40,859 nucleotides of DNA from a virus (taxonomy: Duplodnaviria; Heunggongvirae; Uroviricota; Caudoviricetes), in IMG/VR virus record IMGVR_UViG_2597489870_000008; one strand, 5' to 3'. The first letter of the stretch is position 1; each line of letters begins with the position of its first letter. The translations under genes and the position numbers were made by a program. This document shows, one piece after another, positions 1-8,621 of the stretch. Below the pieces are notes generated by a model. That model did no database searches and had not been told where the DNA came from. It saw nothing but the letters and a program-made list of their open reading frames with translations.

Positions 1-7
1 AAGAAAT

Positions 8-39
8 AGGGCTTCCACCTGGGAAGCCCTTTCTTTTTA
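8..39. terminator. Stem-loop (AGGGCTTCC / GGAAGCCCT, 4-nt loop) followed by a T-run; candidate intrinsic terminator downstream of pspG
   Basis: 9-bp GC-rich inverted repeat at 8-30 followed by TTTCTTTTT at 31-39, with an A-rich stretch on the other side. Confidence 0.4.
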
Positions 40-165
40 TAGTTCGGCTGTATGTAGGGTACAGCACAATGAATCTGTTAGAGGCGCAATAGTGACAGAT
101 TTGATTATCAATTCCTATTTTGTTCTAAGGATAAAACCTTAGGTTGTGATCATCCGCACAATCCC

Positions 166-408
166 TTAGTAACGCCAGCGGTCATAACGCTGATATTTCG
201 GCACTTTTGGTGCTTTAATCGCCTTAATAACCCACACCACCGCAATCGTCAGGAGTAACCACGGCAGCAACTTAATCATCAATGCCAGCATACCGCCGAG
301 GAACATAATGGCCGTCGCCACAACCAGCGCGGCGATAATGCCCAGCAACGAAACGCCGGTGACCATCAACATGACAAAAAAGCCAATCACAAAAAGTAGT
401 TCCAGCAT
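166..408 (-). CDS. pspG: Phage shock protein G (80 aa small membrane protein)
   Basis: The track ORF 166..618 contains an internal Met at 408 giving an 80-aa hydrophobic protein (MLELLFVIGFFVMLM...KYQRYDRWRY) that matches my recollection of E. coli PspG; the N-terminal extension in the track looks spurious. Confidence 0.7.
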   Translation of the reverse strand: MLELLFVIGFFVMLMVTGVSLLGIIAALVVATAIMFLGGMLALMIKLLPWLLLTIAVVWVIKAIKAPKVPKYQRYDRWRY

Positions 409-443
409 GATGCTCTCCCAAATATGAAATCTCTTGCAGGCAT

Positions 444-459
444 TACAAGAATCATGCCA
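444..459 (-). promoter_or_regulatory. Candidate sigma-54 (-24/-12) promoter for pspG
   Basis: Minus strand reads TGGCATGATTCTTGTA, close to the TGGCAC-N5-TTGCA consensus (GG present, -12 is GT instead of GC), about 40 nt upstream of the pspG start. Confidence 0.35.
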
Positions 460-541
460 AAAATAATCTATTGATTTAACAGCAAAACGCCCCGCGACGG
501 TGCGCAGGGCGTGGTGAATTTGACTACTTTTTGGTGAAAAG

Positions 542-1579
542 TTAACGCTTATCCGCCACCAGTTTGAGCGCGTGTTCCAGCACGTTAATGTCAGCACCCG
601 CTTTATGGGCATTTTCACTTAAATAACGCCGCCACTGCCGCGCGCCAGGAATACCCTGGAACAAGCCCAGCATATGCCGGGTAATATGGCCGAGATACGT
701 CCCCTGGCTGAGTTCACGCTCAATGTACGGATACATGGCGCGCACTACCGCCACCGGATCGGCATCGGTATCCGAGGAACCAAAGATCTCCCGGTCTACC
801 GCCGCCAGAATACCCGGATTCTGATACGCCTCGCGCCCGACCATCACGCCATCCATATGTTGCAAATGCGCTTTAGCTTCTTCCAGCGACTTGATGCCAC
901 CGTTAATCGACATCGTCAGATGCGGAAAGTCACGCTTCAGTTGATACACACGCGGATAATCGAGCGGCGGGATTTCACGGTTTTCTTTCGGGCTTAACCC
1001 CGAAAGCCAGGCTTTACGTGCGTGGATGATGAACATCTCACACTCGCCTTTGCCGGAAACGGTGTTGATGAAATTGCAGAGAAATTCATAGCTGTCCTGG
1101 TCATCGATGCCAATACGCGTTTTCACCGTCACCGGAATCGACACCACATCGCGCATCGCTTTCACGCAGTCGGCAACCAGCTGCGCATTACCCATCAGAC
1201 ACGCACCAAACATGCCGTTCTGCACCCGGTCAGACGGGCAGCCGACATTCAGGTTGATCTCATCATATCCGCGCGCTTCTGCCAGCTTCGCACACTGCGC
1301 CAGCGCCGCCGGATCGCTACCGCCGAGTTGCAACGCTACCGGATGTTCTTCTTCACTGTACGCCAGGTAATCACCTTTACCGTGAATAATCGCCCCTGTG
1401 GTCACCATTTCGGTATACAGCAGCGTATTGCGGGAAAGCAGACGCAAGAAATAGCGGCAATGTCTGTCCGTCCAGTCGAGCATAGGAGCAATGCTAAACC
1501 GAGAATTCCAGTAAACACCAGTTTTTTCAGGCATCACGCTGGTTTGATTAATTTTTTGTGTTTCATGATTATCGTGCAT
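542..1579 (-). CDS. dusA: tRNA-dihydrouridine synthase A
   Basis: 345-aa ORF with a full-length Dus/TIM-barrel flavoprotein sequence (…[21 protein letters not shown]…VKTRIGID…) matching E. coli DusA; lies next to pspG as in E. coli. Confidence 0.9.
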   Translation of the reverse strand: MHDNHETQKINQTSVMPEKTGVYWNSRFSIAPMLDWTDRHCRYFLRLLSRNTLLYTEMVTTGAIIHGKGDYLAYSEEEHPVALQLGGSDPAALAQCAKLAEARGYDEINLNVGCPSDRVQNGMFGACLMGNAQLVADCVKAMRDVVSIPVTVKTRIGIDDQDSYEFLCNFINTVSGKGECEMFIIHARKAWLSGLSPKENREIPPLDYPRVYQLKRDFPHLTMSINGGIKSLEEAKAHLQHMDGVMVGREAYQNPGILAAVDREIFGSSDTDADPVAVVRAMYPYIERELSQGTYLGHITRHMLGLFQGIPGARQWRRYLSENAHKAGADINVLEHALKLVADKR

Positions 1580-1611
1580 TTTTGAACATTTCAGGCTATT
1601 TTTCTCGCGTT

Positions 1612-1647
1612 AGGTTCCCGCACAGGTTCCCACGTTTTATGGGAACC
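1612..1647. promoter_or_regulatory. Cluster of AGGTTCCC motifs (two direct, one inverted) in the dusA-int intergenic region; candidate integrase or regulatory binding sites
   Basis: AGGTTCCC at 1612-1619 and 1624-1631, and inverted GGGAACC at 1641-1647 (7-bp stem with a 9-nt spacer), just upstream of the int start. Confidence 0.35.
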
Positions 1648-1667
1648 CGAAATAACGAGGTCGTGTA

Positions 1668-2765
1668 ATGGCGTACTATAACATAGAGAAACGACTAAAA
1701 TCCGATGGCACACCACGCTATCGCTGTAATGTGATTATCAAAGAAAAAGGTGTTATCACTTACAGGGAAAGCAAAACATTCCCTAAACATGCTCATGCCA
1801 AAACATGGGGCACACAGAAAGTGATGGAATTAGATCTATATGGCATTCCATCATCAAATGCAGTTGACGGACTTACAGTCCGTGACTTACTACACAAATA
1901 TTTAAATGACCCAAATGCCGGAGGTAAAGCAGGCCGTACTAAAAGATATGTGCTGGAACTGCTTATGGATAGTGACATCTCCGCGATCAAACTATCTGAA
2001 CTGACAGAAAATGACGTAATTGAACATTGCAGGCTAAGAAACAACGCTGGTGCAGGTCCAGCTACAGTTAGCCACGATGTTAGTTATCTTGGCAGTGTTC
2101 TGGATGCTGCCAAACCTGTATATGGAATTAATTACACATCAAACCCAGCAAAAGCCGCTCGTCCATATCTACTTAAACTTGGTTTAATTGGTAAATCAAA
2201 TCGTCGTAATCGTAGACCGGCATCTGATGAACTGGACATGCTCATTGAAGGTCTTCAACAACGATCTACACATAAATGCTCAAAAATTCCGTTCGTTGAT
2301 ATCCTCAAATTTTCTGTGTGGTCATGTATGCGAATCGGTGAAGTATGCCGATTACGATGGGAGGATCTCGATCAGGAACAAAAATCCATACTCGTAAGAG
2401 ACAGGAAAGATCCACGTAAAAAGGAAGGCAACCATATGAAAGTAGCCTTGCTTGGGGAAGCCTGGGATATCGTCCAACGACAACCCAAAAAATCAGAATT
2501 CATTTTTCCATATAACAGCACTTCTGTTACTGCGGGATTCCAGAGGGTAAGAAGCAAATTAGGTATTAAAGATCTGCGATACCATGATTTGCGTAGAGAA
2601 GGGGCAAGTCGCTTATTTGAGGCTGGTTTTAGTATTGAGGAAGTCGCCCAGGTTACAGGGCATCGTTCATTAAACGTGCTATGGCAGGTATATACCGAAC
2701 TGTATCCGAAATCTTTACATAATCGTTTTGAAGAGCTCCAAAGGAGCAGAAATAAGACCTCTTGA
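1668..2765 (+). CDS. int: Tyrosine-type phage integrase (dusA-associated integrase class)
   Basis: 365-aa ORF with GAGG 7 nt upstream of the ATG; C-terminal HDLRREGASRL…GHRS…YTELY region typical of tyrosine recombinases; sits immediately next to the 5' end of dusA. Confidence 0.85.
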   Translation: MAYYNIEKRLKSDGTPRYRCNVIIKEKGVITYRESKTFPKHAHAKTWGTQKVMELDLYGIPSSNAVDGLTVRDLLHKYLNDPNAGGKAGRTKRYVLELLMDSDISAIKLSELTENDVIEHCRLRNNAGAGPATVSHDVSYLGSVLDAAKPVYGINYTSNPAKAARPYLLKLGLIGKSNRRNRRPASDELDMLIEGLQQRSTHKCSKIPFVDILKFSVWSCMRIGEVCRLRWEDLDQEQKSILVRDRKDPRKKEGNHMKVALLGEAWDIVQRQPKKSEFIFPYNSTSVTAGFQRVRSKLGIKDLRYHDLRREGASRLFEAGFSIEEVAQVTGHRSLNVLWQVYTELYPKSLHNRFEELQRSRNKTS

Positions 2766-2793
2766 CACTGTTTATCCATACAGTTAAAAATAA

Positions 2794-2813
2794 TACTGTA
2801 TACAAACACAGTA
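2794..2813. promoter_or_regulatory. LexA (SOS) box TACTGTATACAAACACAGTA upstream of the dinI-like gene
   Basis: Perfect CTGT-N8-ACAG palindrome with TA-rich centre, 14 nt upstream of the dinI-like ATG; a possible -35 TTGACA lies at 2762-2767. Confidence 0.6.
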
Positions 2814-2826
2814 TAGAGGGACTTTT

Positions 2827-3075
2827 ATGCGTATTGAAATCTGCATAGCCAAAGAAAAAATGACTAAAATGCCAACCGGTGCTGTGGATGCGTTAAAGGA
2901 AGAATTAACCCGACGCATCAGTAAACGTTATGACGATGTAGAGGTGATCGTAAAAGCCACCAGCAACGATGGCCTTTCTGTTACACGCACCGCAGATAAG
3001 GATTCTGCAAAAACTTTTGTTCAGGAGACTCTGAAAGATACCTGGGAATCTGCTGACGAGTGGTTTGTTCACTAA
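2827..3075 (+). CDS. dinI: DinI-family DNA damage-inducible protein
   Basis: 82-aa ORF ([11 protein letters not shown]…[15 protein letters not shown]) with the overall pattern of E. coli DinI (MRIEV…ETWESADDWFV); GAGGG RBS; preceded by a LexA box. Confidence 0.8.
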   Translation: MRIEICIAKEKMTKMPTGAVDALKEELTRRISKRYDDVEVIVKATSNDGLSVTRTADKDSAKTFVQETLKDTWESADEWFVH

Positions 3076-3218
3076 TTAACACGTAAAATCGGTAACGGCT
3101 GGAAATCATTCAATACTCGCACTATCGAAAGTTCGCCAGCCAGCCGCAGCACGTTCTTGCATACGACGTGGCTGCGGCTTCCAACATTAGACAAATAACT
3201 CTTTAAATTGCTTTTAAA

Positions 3219-3782
3219 TTATTTCGTTTGAATGCCAGTAACAGGAAATCGTTTATATAGGGTTGATAGCCCAACGTTATAGATACGTGCAACATAACGC
3301 CGTGATTTCCCTGCCGCTATGAGCGCTCCCATCTGTTGCCACTGCTCGTCGCTAAACTTCGGTCTACGCCCACCAATCCGGCCTTTGGATCTGGCAATAG
3401 CCAAACCAGCTAAAGTTCGCTCGCTATTCAAATCAGATTCATACTGCGCAGCAGAAAGAATATTACGGAAATTATAGCGACCACTTGCTGTTTTCAGGTC
3501 TACGCCATCTGTAATACTCCGAAAATTAACACCTTTTTCGTGCAGATTTTGAAACATCAATAGCGCATGCAGCACATTTCTCCCTATCCGATCTAACTTC
3601 CAGACAATCAACTCATCTCCACTTTTCATCACCGTAATTAATTCCTTTAACACAGGGCGATTAGCTGTTCTGCCACTGGCATATTCTTCATAAATTCGCT
3701 CACAGCCAGCTGACTCAAGTGCAAGACGTTGCAACTCTGTATCCTGATGATTTGTTGATACACGAACATACCCGTAAATCAT
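3219..3782 (-). CDS. Serine recombinase, DNA invertase of the Gin/Pin/Cin/Hin family
   Basis: 187-aa ORF beginning MIYGYVRVSTNHQDTELQ with GRTANRPVL, resolvase/invertase catalytic domain plus C-terminal HTH; sits next to an invertible tail-fibre segment. Confidence 0.85.
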   Translation of the reverse strand: MIYGYVRVSTNHQDTELQRLALESAGCERIYEEYASGRTANRPVLKELITVMKSGDELIVWKLDRIGRNVLHALLMFQNLHEKGVNFRSITDGVDLKTASGRYNFRNILSAAQYESDLNSERTLAGLAIARSKGRIGGRRPKFSDEQWQQMGALIAAGKSRRYVARIYNVGLSTLYKRFPVTGIQTK

Positions 3783-3787
3783 GAGTG

Positions 3788-3814
3788 CTTCTCCTGTTGT
3801 AAAAACAGGAGAAG
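3788..3814 (-). promoter_or_regulatory. 27-bp perfect palindrome (CTTCTCCTGTT-gtaaa-AACAGGAGAAG) that contains the invertase Shine-Dalgarno sequence
   Basis: 11-bp perfect inverted repeat with a 5-nt spacer directly upstream of the invertase ATG; the AGGAG lies in one arm, so a hairpin would sequester the RBS. Confidence 0.4.
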
Positions 3815-3841
3815 AGGCGAAATATCACCTGATTCAGAAAA

Positions 3842-3867
3842 ATATTTGAAAGGTTGGTTTGGGAGAA
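3842..3867. promoter_or_regulatory. gix/hix-like invertase crossover site (invertase-proximal)
   Basis: Reverse complement reads TTCTCCCAAACC-AA-CCTTTCAAATAT; it shares its first 15 bp with the site at 5722-5747 and resembles Mu gix (TTCCTGTAAACC-GA-GGTTTTGGATAA). Confidence 0.6.
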
Positions 3868-4215
3868 GCGGCGAAAAGGGATGTGGGTACAGGAGAAAAT
3901 CAGATACCGGATATGTCAGCCTGGAAAAGAAATCCGAGTTCTAATCGCTGGAGAAAATTGCCTGATGGAACCATCATTCAAATGGGAATATCAGCATCAG
4001 GGCCATTAGGCTCACCTGTAAATATCACCCTGCCGATATCTTTCAGCAATACCAATTATTGTGTTGTTGCATCGTACGATAATGCACGGTCAGGTGTGTC
4101 AACAATGGTTAGTTTTGCAGCGTTACCTGTTTCACCATCGCAATTTTCCCTGATGTCATCAGTGACTGAGCAAGGAATAAATCCTTTTGCTTACTGGATT
4201 GCTTTTGGAGATTAA
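3859..4215 (+). CDS. Alternative tail-fibre C-terminal variable segment (no start of its own; becomes fused to the constant N-terminus after inversion)
   Basis: Open frame begins exactly at the crossover site on a TTG codon (GLGE junction shared with the fibre gene); an inversion would join it in frame to the constant part at 6024..5735. Confidence 0.65.
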   Translation: MGEAAKRDVGTGENQIPDMSAWKRNPSSNRWRKLPDGTIIQMGISASGPLGSPVNITLPISFSNTNYCVVASYDNARSGVSTMVSFAALPVSPSQFSLMSSVTEQGINPFAYWIAFGD

Positions 4216-4218
4216 TAA

Positions 4219-4638
4219 ATGGACAGATACTTCTATTCACAAAAAGAAAATGGTTTTTTTACCGATTTAAATAAAGCACCTTCAGATGCTGTTGAGATAA
4301 CCACGGATGAATGGCTGTCACTACTGGATGGTCAGGATAATGGCATGAAAATAGTCAGCAATCAGGAGGGATATCCGGTTTTGACAGAGCAACCACCTTT
4401 ATCAAAAGAAAACCTTATTGCATTGGCAGAGTTGAAAAAAGGAAAACTTATTAATGAAGCCAACGAGCACATGAACAACAGGCAATGGCCTGGTAAAGCG
4501 GCGATTGGTCGCCTGAAAGGTGAGGAACTGGTGCAATATAATTTGTGGCTGGATTATCTGGACGCACTGGAACTGGTCGATACTTCCGGTGCGCCAGATA
4601 TTGAATGGCCTACGCCTCCGGCAGTTCAGGCCAGATGA
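4219..4638 (+). CDS. Tail-fibre assembly protein (alternative orientation)
   Basis: 139-aa ORF; the C-terminal DTSGAPDIEWPTPP motif is typical of Tfa proteins; directly downstream of the alternative fibre segment. Confidence 0.75.
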   Translation: MDRYFYSQKENGFFTDLNKAPSDAVEITTDEWLSLLDGQDNGMKIVSNQEGYPVLTEQPPLSKENLIALAELKKGKLINEANEHMNNRQWPGKAAIGRLKGEELVQYNLWLDYLDALELVDTSGAPDIEWPTPPAVQAR

Positions 4639-5203
4639 CGTCCGGCGCTGTGCTGGTATCTGTTGCCGTCACCGCGTCAATATAATCCAGCACAGCGTTA
4701 AGTCGGGTGTTTTCTGGCTGCGTCAGCTTCCGCCCGGCCTGTAATTTCAGTTGAATCAGACTGATGGAAGCCATTGCAGCATCAATCAGCGACTGGCGCT
4801 GTGCTTCTGCCGCTTCTACTGCGGCACCGTGTTGTGCCTCAGTATCTGTCACCCATTTCTCACCATCCCATTTATCATATGGCGTTAACGGTGAAAGCGT
4901 GACATAACCGTTTTTGATGGCACCGATATAATCCACTGTAACAGCTGCGCCATTTTCTGTTGAGTAAACAGTCTCATTGCGATGGTCTTCTTCATGGCTC
5001 CATCCCTTACCCGTAAATATTGCCACTCTTCCCGGAATGTATTCGCCCGGGTCAATACCAGTGGAACAGGCGGGCATACTTACGCCAGTATTAATATATT
5101 CATCAGACCAGCCCGTATATTCAGACGTTACTGCATCATAATAATAACAACGCATATCACCCGGTACTGTAGCCAGCCCATTTTCATCAAAAACAGGTTT
5201 CAT
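4610..5203 (-). CDS. Tail-fibre assembly protein (currently expressed orientation)
   Basis: 197-aa ORF starting [10 protein letters not shown] with C-terminal DTSTAPDVIWPELP; follows the tail-fibre gene and converges on the other tfa. Confidence 0.8.
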   Translation of the reverse strand: MKPVFDENGLATVPGDMRCYYYDAVTSEYTGWSDEYINTGVSMPACSTGIDPGEYIPGRVAIFTGKGWSHEEDHRNETVYSTENGAAVTVDYIGAIKNGYVTLSPLTPYDKWDGEKWVTDTEAQHGAAVEAAEAQRQSLIDAAMASISLIQLKLQAGRKLTQPENTRLNAVLDYIDAVTATDTSTAPDVIWPELPEA

Positions 5204-6024
5204 TATTTAGCCCTCACCAGAAAGTTAAATGCAATATTTCGTGGACGGGTTTCTGTACCTACATTTCCACTAATTTCACCATAACGTTTAACACTACGAG
5301 AGCTAAGAGCTCGTAGTGAGGAAGGCACCTTAAGACCGGGTTCGTCCGTTTTAACTATTCCCCCGTCACCATATGTAGCCAGTATTCCTGGGTTTACTCC
5401 TTCCCGTGCACTTCCTGCGGCAAGCCCGTCCCCCGTCCACAATTCCATATTGTGTGCATGATCCATAATTGTGTGTGATTGCCCTGAAAGTAGGGTACGT
5501 CCGACATCAATCCCGCGCCCGTCATCCCAGATACGAATGAAATCACCGCGTGCGTCAGGTAATGCCAGCGCCGGAAACACTTTCGCCAGCACAGGGTAAT
5601 CAGTGGCAGAGAATTTCGCGCCGTTGAACTTCAAAAACACCATACTGGACCAGCTATCGATTACGGTATCTGGCATTGCTGCGGACGGCCAGAAGAACGG
5701 AACGCCAATAGCTGGAGCTCCTTCTCCCAAACCAAGGTTTTCGAGAGCCGTTTTCACCGTGCCATCCGATTTGATATCGCCAAACGGATTCTTGCGGCTT
5801 AACAGCAGCGCACGAAGCGCAGTAAGCAGCTGGTCATGCCGCCCCTTCTCCAGGCTGGCACCGGATGCCTCCACCACGCTGCAGAGTTCTTCCTGCAACA
5901 TGTCAAAGTAGTCATCATCCAGATCGGTGGCAGGTGTGCCGGTCTGGGGGTTACCACGGGTAAAACCGTTCTTACCCGCGCCGAACTTATCCTTCTGCGC
6001 GGTTTTCGTGTCTATACGATGCAT
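5203..6024 (-). CDS. Tail-fibre protein (constant N-terminus about 6024..5735 plus current variable C-terminus)
   Basis: 273-aa ORF beginning [21 protein letters not shown], a conserved prophage fibre N-terminus; a crossover site lies within the coding region. Confidence 0.8.
   Translation of the reverse strand: MHRIDTKTAQKDKFGAGKNGFTRGNPQTGTPATDLDDDYFDMLQEELCSVVEASGASLEKGRHDQLLTALRALLLSRKNPFGDIKSDGTVKTALENLGLGEGAPAIGVPFFWPSAAMPDTVIDSWSSMVFLKFNGAKFSATDYPVLAKVFPALALPDARGDFIRIWDDGRGIDVGRTLLSGQSHTIMDHAHNMELWTGDGLAAGSAREGVNPGILATYGDGGIVKTDEPGLKVPSSLRALSSRSVKRYGEISGNVGTETRPRNIAFNFLVRAK
5722..5747. promoter_or_regulatory. gix/hix-like invertase crossover site inside the tail-fibre gene
   Basis: TTCTCCCAAACC-AA-GGTTTTCGAGAG, an imperfect palindrome with AAACC half-site ends; encodes the ALENLGLGE junction. 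Confidence 0.6.
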
Positions 6025-6027
6025 GGA

Positions 6028-6612
6028 TTACTCCGGATATTTAAAAATTACGTAGGTATGCGACGGGCAGAGTTTGTTAAGCACGCACTCGACAACGGTG
6101 TCGCCCCAGATACGCAGTGCGGAATCACAGGGATCGCCACATGTCATCCAGGTGGTGTTGGTAGCGGCTGGCATGTTGACCTGCCAGTAATACCGCCATT
6201 CCGGCGCATTCACCGCGTCAGTACAGGCCGATGAGCAGGTGAACGTGCTTTTATCGTATCGCGTGATGGTGGCGTCTGGTCTGCCCAGGGCAGCAAGCTG
6301 TGCAAGGTAAAAATCCTCATTGATGCCGCCCGCCAGATTAACCTTCGCATCCAGCCGTTGCTGACGCTGGCGAAGGGTCTGTGTCCCTGCGGGAATACAT
6401 TCATCCGGCAGACCGCACAGACGCTCCCAGCGGTTTATCAGTTCAGTGGTGGTGCGCGGATCCAGCTCCCGCATCAGGGCATCCGCACGCTGATGAACAC
6501 GGGTTAATGACGGTGCCGCACCTGCAATCGCCGGATCGCTGGCTGACCACGCCGGACCGGGCGGCAGCAGTGCCGACAACAGACGGATGTAATCATCGTT
6601 TGTCACGTCCAT
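6028..6612 (-). CDS. Mu gp48-like tail/baseplate protein
   Basis: 194-aa ORF in the position of Mu gp48 between the baseplate J-like gene and the tail fibre; coupled to its neighbours. Confidence 0.65.
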   Translation of the reverse strand: MDVTNDDYIRLLSALLPPGPAWSASDPAIAGAAPSLTRVHQRADALMRELDPRTTTELINRWERLCGLPDECIPAGTQTLRQRQQRLDAKVNLAGGINEDFYLAQLAALGRPDATITRYDKSTFTCSSACTDAVNAPEWRYYWQVNMPAATNTTWMTCGDPCDSALRIWGDTVVECVLNKLCPSHTYVIFKYPE

Positions 6613-7661
6613 GAAATCGTCCCCAGAACCGCCAGTTCATTTTTTGCAATGGAGATATTGTCCGCCGGTGCAAGCAACTGATGGCTGTATTCCCCGTTCG
6701 CACCGGAAATCGCTTCACTGATACGTGACACCTTCAGTTCTCCCTGCGGATAACCATCACGCAGCAGGAACGAACGCAACTCGGCGGTGATGGCAGCCCG
6801 TATTTCCGGTGTGTCCGGCGTCACGCGGATATGAAAATCCACTTTATGCGCCACCGGCCTGAACACATACAAATCAGAGCCTGCCACCGGGGCCAGTGGC
6901 CCGATATGTTGTCTTGCCGCCGTTTCCGTTGATTCTTCCGGAATGGGATTAATCAGGTCACTGCTGGCAATCATCACACCGACAGTTCCCGTTCCCATCC
7001 AGTGACGGTATGTCCATGCGCGGGTAATGCCGGGCACTTCTTTAGCCCAGACGACATAGTCCCCGTCAGCCCCGCCCTGAGGCGTCCAGTAATACCGCTC
7101 AATGACGCGGGCGCGCCACGTTTCCAGATCTTCAGTATCGAATCCGCCAGTCAGGGTATCTGCAACACCGGAAGACGGCAGACCATTCACCGGCGTGACC
7201 AGGATTAATGCCGTACCGTCGTCAGCGTTACCGACCGCGCCTGTAGTTGAGCAAGTGATCGGCACACGCAGGACACCACCGGAGCTGGTTGCATCGGCAG
7301 TTGCCGTGTACTGAACCAGGTCATCGCGCTGAATCACGCTCCCGGCAGTCACCTTCAGGCCATCACTGACACCTTCCCAGCGCATATACCCGCTGGCAGC
7401 CGTGGCCCCCTTGCGCGGACACCGTTTCATCGCAGCATGTCGCGCCAGCCAGGACTCATCGCACAGGTCAGGCAGCATATTCATTGCCAGATAATCGATG
7501 TACCCGTAAACCGTATGCAGCGCCGCCGCATACACCTTTGCCCGCACGTCTTCATCCATGCGCCGGAGCGTGTCGCTGACGTCCAGCCTGGCGAATAAAT
7601 CGTTACGGAGCATACTGATATTTTCTGCCAGCGTCGGGCGCTGAAATTCACTGTCCGCCAT
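6603..7661 (-). CDS. Baseplate J-like protein (Mu gp47-like)
   Basis: 352-aa ORF in the conserved position and of the expected size; start overlaps the upstream gene. Confidence 0.75.
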   Translation of the reverse strand: MADSEFQRPTLAENISMLRNDLFARLDVSDTLRRMDEDVRAKVYAAALHTVYGYIDYLAMNMLPDLCDESWLARHAAMKRCPRKGATAASGYMRWEGVSDGLKVTAGSVIQRDDLVQYTATADATSSGGVLRVPITCSTTGAVGNADDGTALILVTPVNGLPSSGVADTLTGGFDTEDLETWRARVIERYYWTPQGGADGDYVVWAKEVPGITRAWTYRHWMGTGTVGVMIASSDLINPIPEESTETAARQHIGPLAPVAGSDLYVFRPVAHKVDFHIRVTPDTPEIRAAITAELRSFLLRDGYPQGELKVSRISEAISGANGEYSHQLLAPADNISIAKNELAVLGTISWT

Positions 7662-8076
7662 GCGTTATCGCACTCCACAGATCATCAAAAGAAATCATTA
7701 CCGGTCCGTCACGACGCCAGAGAGTGATACTGTTACCCAGTTCATTAATCCCGGTGCGGCGGATATCCAGATCAATACGGGACACCACGCCGTCATCAAT
7801 CATCCATTGCAGGCATTCGCGGATATACCCCCTTACCGTCTGCACCAGCTGATTGGTCAGTTTGCTGCGCTGAAGCAGCCACAGTCGGGAGCCGTAACGG
7901 TCATTCTGTACCGCAGGCCAGGTATCCCCCCACCATCCCATCGGGACGTCGGCGTTGTCATCAGGCTCCGCCCGCCGCCAGGTAAACAGGGAAATCACCA
8001 CGGCGCGGGTCAGCGGATCCAGCGGTGCGCTGGCGCAGGTGCGTTTACCGTTCACCGTCAGCCACAGTTCCATCAT
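7648..8076 (-). CDS. Mu gp46-like baseplate protein
   Basis: 142-aa ORF in the conserved position within the Mu-like baseplate gene order; overlapping coupled start. Confidence 0.65.
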   Translation of the reverse strand: MMELWLTVNGKRTCASAPLDPLTRAVVISLFTWRRAEPDDNADVPMGWWGDTWPAVQNDRYGSRLWLLQRSKLTNQLVQTVRGYIRECLQWMIDDGVVSRIDLDIRRTGINELGNSITLWRRDGPVMISFDDLWSAITHGGQ

Positions 8077-8621
8077 GCCTCCATCGCTTTATCAGGTTTG
8101 TCGGTGTTACTGCCCTGACCGTTCTCTCTGTGACGATGCCCGTTATAGGCAAGCCGCATCGCTGACATGGTGGTGCCGCTGGAGTCGCACAGGTCTTTCA
8201 CCTGTCCTGTCACTTCCAGGTCCATTTCAAAACGTGCCTTAGGCGCATTGCGAAACGTGATCGTTTTACCTGCACCGTCCACCACGATCCCCTCCCGGGT
8301 CAGCGTCACGGACTGCCCCTGATCGTCATAGACAGCCACCTCCCCCGTCTGCAGCCCTTTCAGGCGGTAGCGACGGTCCGACACCGTAACAACCACCGCA
8401 TGAGAACGGTCGCCATCCGGAAACAACACCACCGCTTCCGCACCGCTGTTTGCCCTTGCGGTAAAACCGTAGGGTTCAAGATGTTCAACCCCGGCTTTGG
8501 GTTCACCGGCAATCAGGGACACATCCACGGTCTGACATTTCGTGGCGGCACTGATGCTTTTCACCACTGCCCGCCCAATCAGGCCGAGGAGTTGTCGCTG
8601 CATGGCTTCAATCGTCCTCAT
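8073..8621 (-). CDS. Baseplate assembly/spike protein (Mu gp45 / V-like)
   Basis: 182-aa ORF in the conserved position and of the expected size for a gpV-like spike protein. Confidence 0.7.
   Translation of the reverse strand: MRTIEAMQRQLLGLIGRAVVKSISAATKCQTVDVSLIAGEPKAGVEHLEPYGFTARANSGAEAVVLFPDGDRSHAVVVTVSDRRYRLKGLQTGEVAVYDDQGQSVTLTREGIVVDGAGKTITFRNAPKARFEMDLEVTGQVKDLCDSSGTTMSAMRLAYNGHRHRENGQGSNTDKPDKAMEA

Larger units (their letters stand above)
3842..5747. other. Invertible DNA segment (G/P/C-segment-like, about 1.9 kb) carrying alternative tail-fibre C-termini and their assembly chaperones
   Basis: Inverted crossover sites at 3842-3867 and 5722-5747 bracket two convergent tail-fibre assembly genes and two alternative fibre C-terminal coding regions, with the invertase immediately adjacent. 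Confidence 0.6.

Noticed and set aside
166-618. 150-aa extended version of the pspG ORF overlapping the dusA 3' end
   Set aside because: The N-terminal 70 residues overlap dusA and look like read-through of the six-frame track; the internal Met at 408 gives the expected 80-aa PspG.
674-1585. Plus-strand ORFs (674..997, 1022..1585, 1107..1370) inside dusA
   Set aside because: They lie antisense to a clearly conserved gene, have no RBS and low-complexity Arg/His-rich translations typical of antisense frames in GC-rich coding DNA.
3141-3180. 9-bp GC-rich stem-loop between the convergent dinI-like and invertase genes
   Set aside because: No adjacent U-run on either strand, so it cannot be called a terminator from sequence alone; it could be REP-like or a stabilising hairpin.
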